Of a stretch of DNA of 64,000 bases, positions 58,582 to 64,000 are shown piece after piece. The notes below the pieces were generated by a model. That model was not told the origin of the DNA and searched no databases. It saw nothing but the letters and a program-made list of their open reading frames with translations. The first letter of the stretch is position 1. Each line of letters begins with the position of its first letter. Both the position numbers and the translations under genes were made by a program. The stretch is from Candidatus Nomurabacteria bacterium (GTDB lineage: Bacteria; Patescibacteriota; Minisyncoccia; Phycocordibacterales; UBA9973): contig JARIGS010000010.1 in assembly GCA_029288725.1 (NCBI GenBank), positions 23,947 to 87,946 of the forward strand, written 5' to 3'.

Positions 58582-60099
58582 TTACTCCTCTATTGTACCG
58601 ACAATATGCTTCCCTGTCATTGTTTCGGGGGTGGAAATACCAAGAAGGCCTAATACTGTTGGCGCAAGCCAGGTTAGGTCGCCATTATCATGAATGGTGA
58701 GGCCTTCCTTGGTGACAATACACGGTACTTTGTTGAGAGTGTGTGCGGTGTGAGGGACATTTTCAGTAGCATCAAAATTTACCTCGGCATTGCCGTGGTC
58801 AGCAGTGATGATGGCGATACCATCATGTGCAATCAATGCTTCAATAACACGACCCAATTGTGTATCAGTTTCTTCAAGGGCTTCAATAATCGCTGGGACA
58901 TTGGCAGTATGTCCAACCATGTCGGGATTGGCAAAGTTAATGAAGATGAAATTCACCCCATCCTCAATGCGCTTGATTGCCTCATCGGCAATGCCCTCGG
59001 CCCGCATCTTCGGTGCGAGGTCGTGAGTCTGAACATCCTTGCGACTATCAAGCAGGACAAATTCTTCATTAGTGTGCGGTGTTTCCACTCCGCCATTAAG
59101 GAAATACGTTGCATGAGGAAACTTTTCAGTTTCAGCGATATGGGCTTGGGTCATGCCGGCATCAGCAACTTCCTGAGCCAGTGTCGTTTGCAACACTTCC
59201 GGTGGAAATGCCACGGCAACGTCATACTTGCTGCTGTATTCGGTCATGGTAGTGATAAAGAGGTTTTTTGACTCCTTGTGCTTGAGCAGGGTTTCGGTCA
59301 GCATGCGGGCACGATCAGCGCGGAAGTTAAAGAAAAATACACCATCGTTTTGCTGAATAGGATATGCAGTACCGTCGGCATCGGTTATAACAATGGGCGC
59401 AAGGTGCTCATCATATACGCCCTCGGCATGCAGCTGTTCCATTATTGCTGATGGTTTCAGGTGATGGGTAGTGCCTTCGCCCTCAAAGAGTGCCGCTTCA
59501 GCCTTTGCCAAACGATCCCAGTTACTGTCTCTGTCCATGGCATAGAAGCGTCCACTCATCGTGGCAATGCGCCCAACGCCAATTGTTTCTAGCTCCTGTT
59601 CCAACGTTTTCAAAAATCCGGCAGCGGACTGTGGCGCAGTGTCGCGACCATCGGTAAAGACATGCAGGTATACCTTGGTGATGTTTTGCTTCTTGCAGGC
59701 CTTCAGAAATGCCACCAGGTGGTCATGGTGAGCGTGAACGCCGCCGGTACCAAGCAAGCCAAGGACGTGGATGGCGCTGTCGTGCGTTTGGACATGCTTA
59801 AACAATTGACCAAACGCACTTCGCTCACCAAAACTGTCCTCACGAATTGTTTTGCCAATGCGAACGAGATCAGTATCCAAGGTTCGCCCTGCGCCAATCG
59901 TCATATGACCGATCTCACTGTTCCCTACCTGCCCTTCAGGCAAGCCTACGGCCTCACCACTGGCTTCTAGCAACGTATGCGGGTACATATTCCAATACCT
60001 ATCAAAATTCGGCGTCTTGGCCGCCGCAACGGCATTATCAGCAATTTCTTCACGATACCCCCATCCGTCCAATACAATAAGCGCAACTTGTTTTTTCAT
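58582..60099 (-). CDS. gpmI: 2,3-BPG-independent phosphoglycerate mutase
   Basis: LDGWG, GNSEIGH, DGRD, NPDMVGH, TADHGN; start reassigned to 60099. Confidence 0.96.
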   Translation of the reverse strand: MKKQVALIVLDGWGYREEIADNAVAAAKTPNFDRYWNMYPHTLLEASGEAVGLPEGQVGNSEIGHMTIGAGRTLDTDLVRIGKTIREDSFGERSAFGQLFKHVQTHDSAIHVLGLLGTGGVHAHHDHLVAFLKACKKQNITKVYLHVFTDGRDTAPQSAAGFLKTLEQELETIGVGRIATMSGRFYAMDRDSNWDRLAKAEAALFEGEGTTHHLKPSAIMEQLHAEGVYDEHLAPIVITDADGTAYPIQQNDGVFFFNFRADRARMLTETLLKHKESKNLFITTMTEYSSKYDVAVAFPPEVLQTTLAQEVADAGMTQAHIAETEKFPHATYFLNGGVETPHTNEEFVLLDSRKDVQTHDLAPKMRAEGIADEAIKRIEDGVNFIFINFANPDMVGHTANVPAIIEALEETDTQLGRVIEALIAHDGIAIITADHGNAEVNFDATENVPHTAHTLNKVPCIVTKEGLTIHDNGDLTWLAPTVLGLLGISTPETMTGKHIVGTIEE

Positions 60100-60197
60100 A
60101 GCGGACACAGTATACAAAACTGTGAGGTACTGAGCAACGCACAAATTAGATAAAAGAAAAAGGCCGCCTTTTGTACAAAAGGCGGCCTAACAAAAAA

Positions 60198-60674
60198 TTA
60201 TCTAAATTCAACATAAAACATATCAAGCACGTTTCTTTCTTGCTGTCTGCACGTTAGACCGCAAAATGATGCGAGTAACTCACATGCGTGAATGGTGGTT
60301 AGGTTCGATTCAAAACGAAAAATTGCTTTATCATCAAACATTGTGCTGTTTAAATTAAAAAGTATCCGTTTTCCAGTAAGTTTAAGTGAGGGTCTATAAA
60401 TACTGACAGTGTTATCTTTTGTATAAAAACACAAAATATCTCCACTTTCTAATGATGTTGTGACAGCATTTTTACAACTTCTCTCCGGGGAAATTACTAA
60501 ACCTGAATTAAACAATGAGGGTTTTTCATTTAAATAATCAATAAACGCCCTGATTGTTACCGTTGGATTATTTATTGCTTTTTGGATTTTTTCAGAATCG
60601 ATTGCCTCGCAATCTATCCCAGTTAAAAGCTTTGCTAAAAGCTCACGAAACTGACCTTCTGTGGCTGATTTCAT
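60198..60674 (-). CDS. hypothetical protein
   Basis: 158-aa AT-rich ORF between eno and gpmI with own promoter-like box and hairpin. Confidence 0.55.
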   Translation of the reverse strand: MKSATEGQFRELLAKLLTGIDCEAIDSEKIQKAINNPTVTIRAFIDYLNEKPSLFNSGLVISPERSCKNAVTTSLESGDILCFYTKDNTVSIYRPSLKLTGKRILFNLNSTMFDDKAIFRFESNLTTIHACELLASFCGLTCRQQERNVLDMFYVEFR

Positions 60675-60842
60675 TTTTTTTGTTTTTAAATTGTACTACT
60701 TGGTATTTTGAGTCCACCGTTCATATCTCGGACATTTCCCGCACTCTACCTATTTATATTGACAAAGTCAAGAAATAGGATTTAAAAAATACCACCATTT
60801 GGTGGTATTTTTTTTATGTTGAACACTTAGTGTTTAACAGGA

Positions 60843-62138
<1,296 letters not shown>

Positions 62139-62298
62139 TTAGTATATCAAAAACCAAAAGACTCTCAAACAATCGAGAATCTTTTGAAAGAAAACTGTCA
62201 TTTATATTTATGCTGTTGTTGAAGATGAATAGTTGATGGTGTACGGCAATACTCGTAAGGTTAGTGATAATGATATTGAAGGTGCATATTTGTTATTG

Positions 62299-62631
62299 TT
62301 ATGAAGTTGTAGGGGCTGTTATTCCTGCATGCTGCAGAAGTATTTGTGCCTGCGTATCCTTTCCTGCTTGGTGCAGGGTGTAAGCGGATACGAGCGCATC
62401 AAACTGATCATGTGTTACTGCCCGGGCTCCTGGTTTACCGGCGATGGCACTGGTAAAGGCATTGTAGTCGTCGTGAGCAATGGCTTGCGCCAAAGCCTGG
62501 TGTAATACGGGTCTGCTCATCTTTTGTATCCAGATCGGCTCTTGTGCCGCATATCCTGTAGCGGCAATCATACCGGCGGATACAATTCCCAGAAGCCCCG
62601 AAAGTAGAATCTTTCGTGTTGCGACCGTCAT
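62299..62631 (-). CDS. exported hypothetical protein
   Basis: Signal peptide; downstream of ECF sigma. Confidence 0.55.
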   Translation of the reverse strand: MTVATRKILLSGLLGIVSAGMIAATGYAAQEPIWIQKMSRPVLHQALAQAIAHDDYNAFTSAIAGKPGARAVTHDQFDALVSAYTLHQAGKDTQAQILLQHAGITAPTTS

Positions 62632-62700
62632 AATACGTTGTGTAAATTAATTTAGTAAGGCACGGAATGACATGCTGTCGTTGCTGATGGTCATTCCGTA

Positions 62701-63171
62701 TCAATTCATACGTATCACATTCACATTTCTTTCAAAGTAGTCATCCTGATGTTGAGTTGGATAGCGGTAATACGTGCGCACCATATTATCTTCGGTATTT
62801 TGAGTGATGGCATAGAAAAGAATACCCAAAATAATGCTGCTCGCGACACTTACCAACAGCAATTGCAGCGTAGTGTGACGGTAACCGGTATAGGTATTGC
62901 GCAAAAATGAAGTACTGATAAGGCAGAATATGAAAAATGACACTACCCAGAGCAGCGGAATGGCGGCAATCATCAGTAATTGGTTAGGATGGCCGTGAAG
63001 GATACCGTAAATCAGGCCGGCAATGGTGTAGGCACCGAGGACAGTAGTGATAATGCCCGGAATCCACAAAATACTGTTACGCAAGACGAAATGCCATTTC
63101 GGTCGAGGTCTAACCCGTTGATGCTCAATGGCCGTAAGGATTTTTTCAGTTGTAGTGGTAGTCATTTCCAT
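62701..63171 (-). CDS. membrane protein, possible anti-sigma partner
   Basis: RPRPKWHF + three TM; 4 nt after ECF sigma stop. Confidence 0.6.
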   Translation of the reverse strand: MEMTTTTTEKILTAIEHQRVRPRPKWHFVLRNSILWIPGIITTVLGAYTIAGLIYGILHGHPNQLLMIAAIPLLWVVSFFIFCLISTSFLRNTYTGYRHTTLQLLLVSVASSIILGILFYAITQNTEDNMVRTYYRYPTQHQDDYFERNVNVIRMN

Positions 63172-63175
63172 AGTG

Positions 63176-63757
63176 TTATAAGGATGGTGGTAATTGCTTT
63201 TGTATGCGTTTCTGCAATTGTTTTTTGGCGCGGTTAATGCGGACAGCGACTGTGCCGGCAGGAATTTTCAAAATGTCGGCGATTTCCTCGTAGGACTTGT
63301 CCTCAAAGAAGCGCAGGAGCAGGATTTCCTTGTATTTTTCATCCAAGGTATTCAATGTATTGATAATGTACTGTTTCTGCTCGGCATTGCTGAATTGGGT
63401 GGTGAGATCCTCGTCCACCATCAGCTTTGAAATAATGTCATGCGCCTCATCATCCAATGAAAGGGTCGACCGTCGCTTTTCCCGGCGATACCAGTCGATC
63501 ATCTCATTGTGAGTAATACGATAGATCCAGGAGGAAAATAACAGCGACGTGTCGTATTCGTTGATATTGCGATAGACCTTGATGAAGATATTCTGCAGGA
63601 GGTCCTCGATGTCAGCTGCCGTAGCGGCACTGCGACGCTTGATATACCGAGTGAGCTTGGGCACATACCGATCCACCAATACGGCAAAATATTGCTGATC
63701 CTTTTTGCACTTAATGACCAGTGCTTCATCGGAAAGATGGCTGTGTACTACCTGCAT
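63176..63757 (-). CDS. ECF RNA polymerase sigma factor
   Basis: EDLLQNIF, FSSWIYRITHN, SYEEIA...GTV..RINRAK; start reassigned to 63757. Confidence 0.92.
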   Translation of the reverse strand: MQVVHSHLSDEALVIKCKKDQQYFAVLVDRYVPKLTRYIKRRSAATAADIEDLLQNIFIKVYRNINEYDTSLLFSSWIYRITHNEMIDWYRREKRRSTLSLDDEAHDIISKLMVDEDLTTQFSNAEQKQYIINTLNTLDEKYKEILLLRFFEDKSYEEIADILKIPAGTVAVRINRAKKQLQKRIQKQLPPSL

Positions 63758-63794
63758 TCTCTCATTATACGCCAATTCGTGATAAAATCTTCCC

Positions 63795-64000
63795 ATGATA
63801 GCAACCATACAGGCAATTTTATTAGGAGCATTACAAGGTATTACTGAACTCTTCCCTATTTCTAGTCTTGGCCACAGCGTCATTCTGCCTACCATCCTGC
63901 AATGGCATATCGATCAGTCCAGTAATACGTTCGTGCTCTTTTTGGTGGCAACGCACTTTGCCACGGCGGTAGTGTTGATTGGTTTCTTCTTTCAGGACTG
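63795..64000 (+). CDS. uppP: undecaprenyl-diphosphate phosphatase (runs off window end)
   Basis: Hand translation MIATIQAILLGALQGITELFPISSLGH...HFAT. Confidence 0.9.
   Translation, partial: MIATIQAILLGALQGITELFPISSLGHSVILPTILQWHIDQSSNTFVLFLVATHFATAVVLIGFFFQD

Overview
Fragment of a small-genome bacterium, most likely Patescibacteria/CPR (Parcubacteria-like). This is inferred from fermentative core genes, leaderless-type gene starts and CPR-style small repeats; TGA is used as stop. Bases 1-16547 are an accessory region integrated next to the 3' end of tRNA-Glu(CTC) and look like two tandem islands. The left island carries Gabija (gajA/gajB) and a DUF3223(DCL)-HNH gene. The right island (about 13 kb) is bounded by a 32-bp direct repeat with a palindromic core. 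It carries a ParB-methyltransferase/TerS/TerL packaging module with no capsid genes, a membrane protein behind a C4/CI-like structured RNA, an APH-like kinase, a large serine recombinase, a retron-type RT with a recognisable msr-msd ncRNA, a second DUF3223-HNH gene overlapping the RT stop, and a frameshifted HEPN-like gene. The best candidate for a new system is the retron (ncRNA + YFDD RT + DUF3223-HNH). Its transcript also appears to have an approximately 140-nt 5' extension able to pair with the msr. Bases 16.6-64 kb are mostly housekeeping genes (rmuC, obgE, gatB, gap, rpiB, rpe, tkt, fba, rplY, rpmE, prfA, tRNA-Ile, rsmI, rplI, rpmA, ABC exporter, lexA with SOS-like box, gpmI, eno, uppP) interspersed with AT-rich ORFans. 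All calls come from reading motifs by eye; no database searches or folding programs were run.
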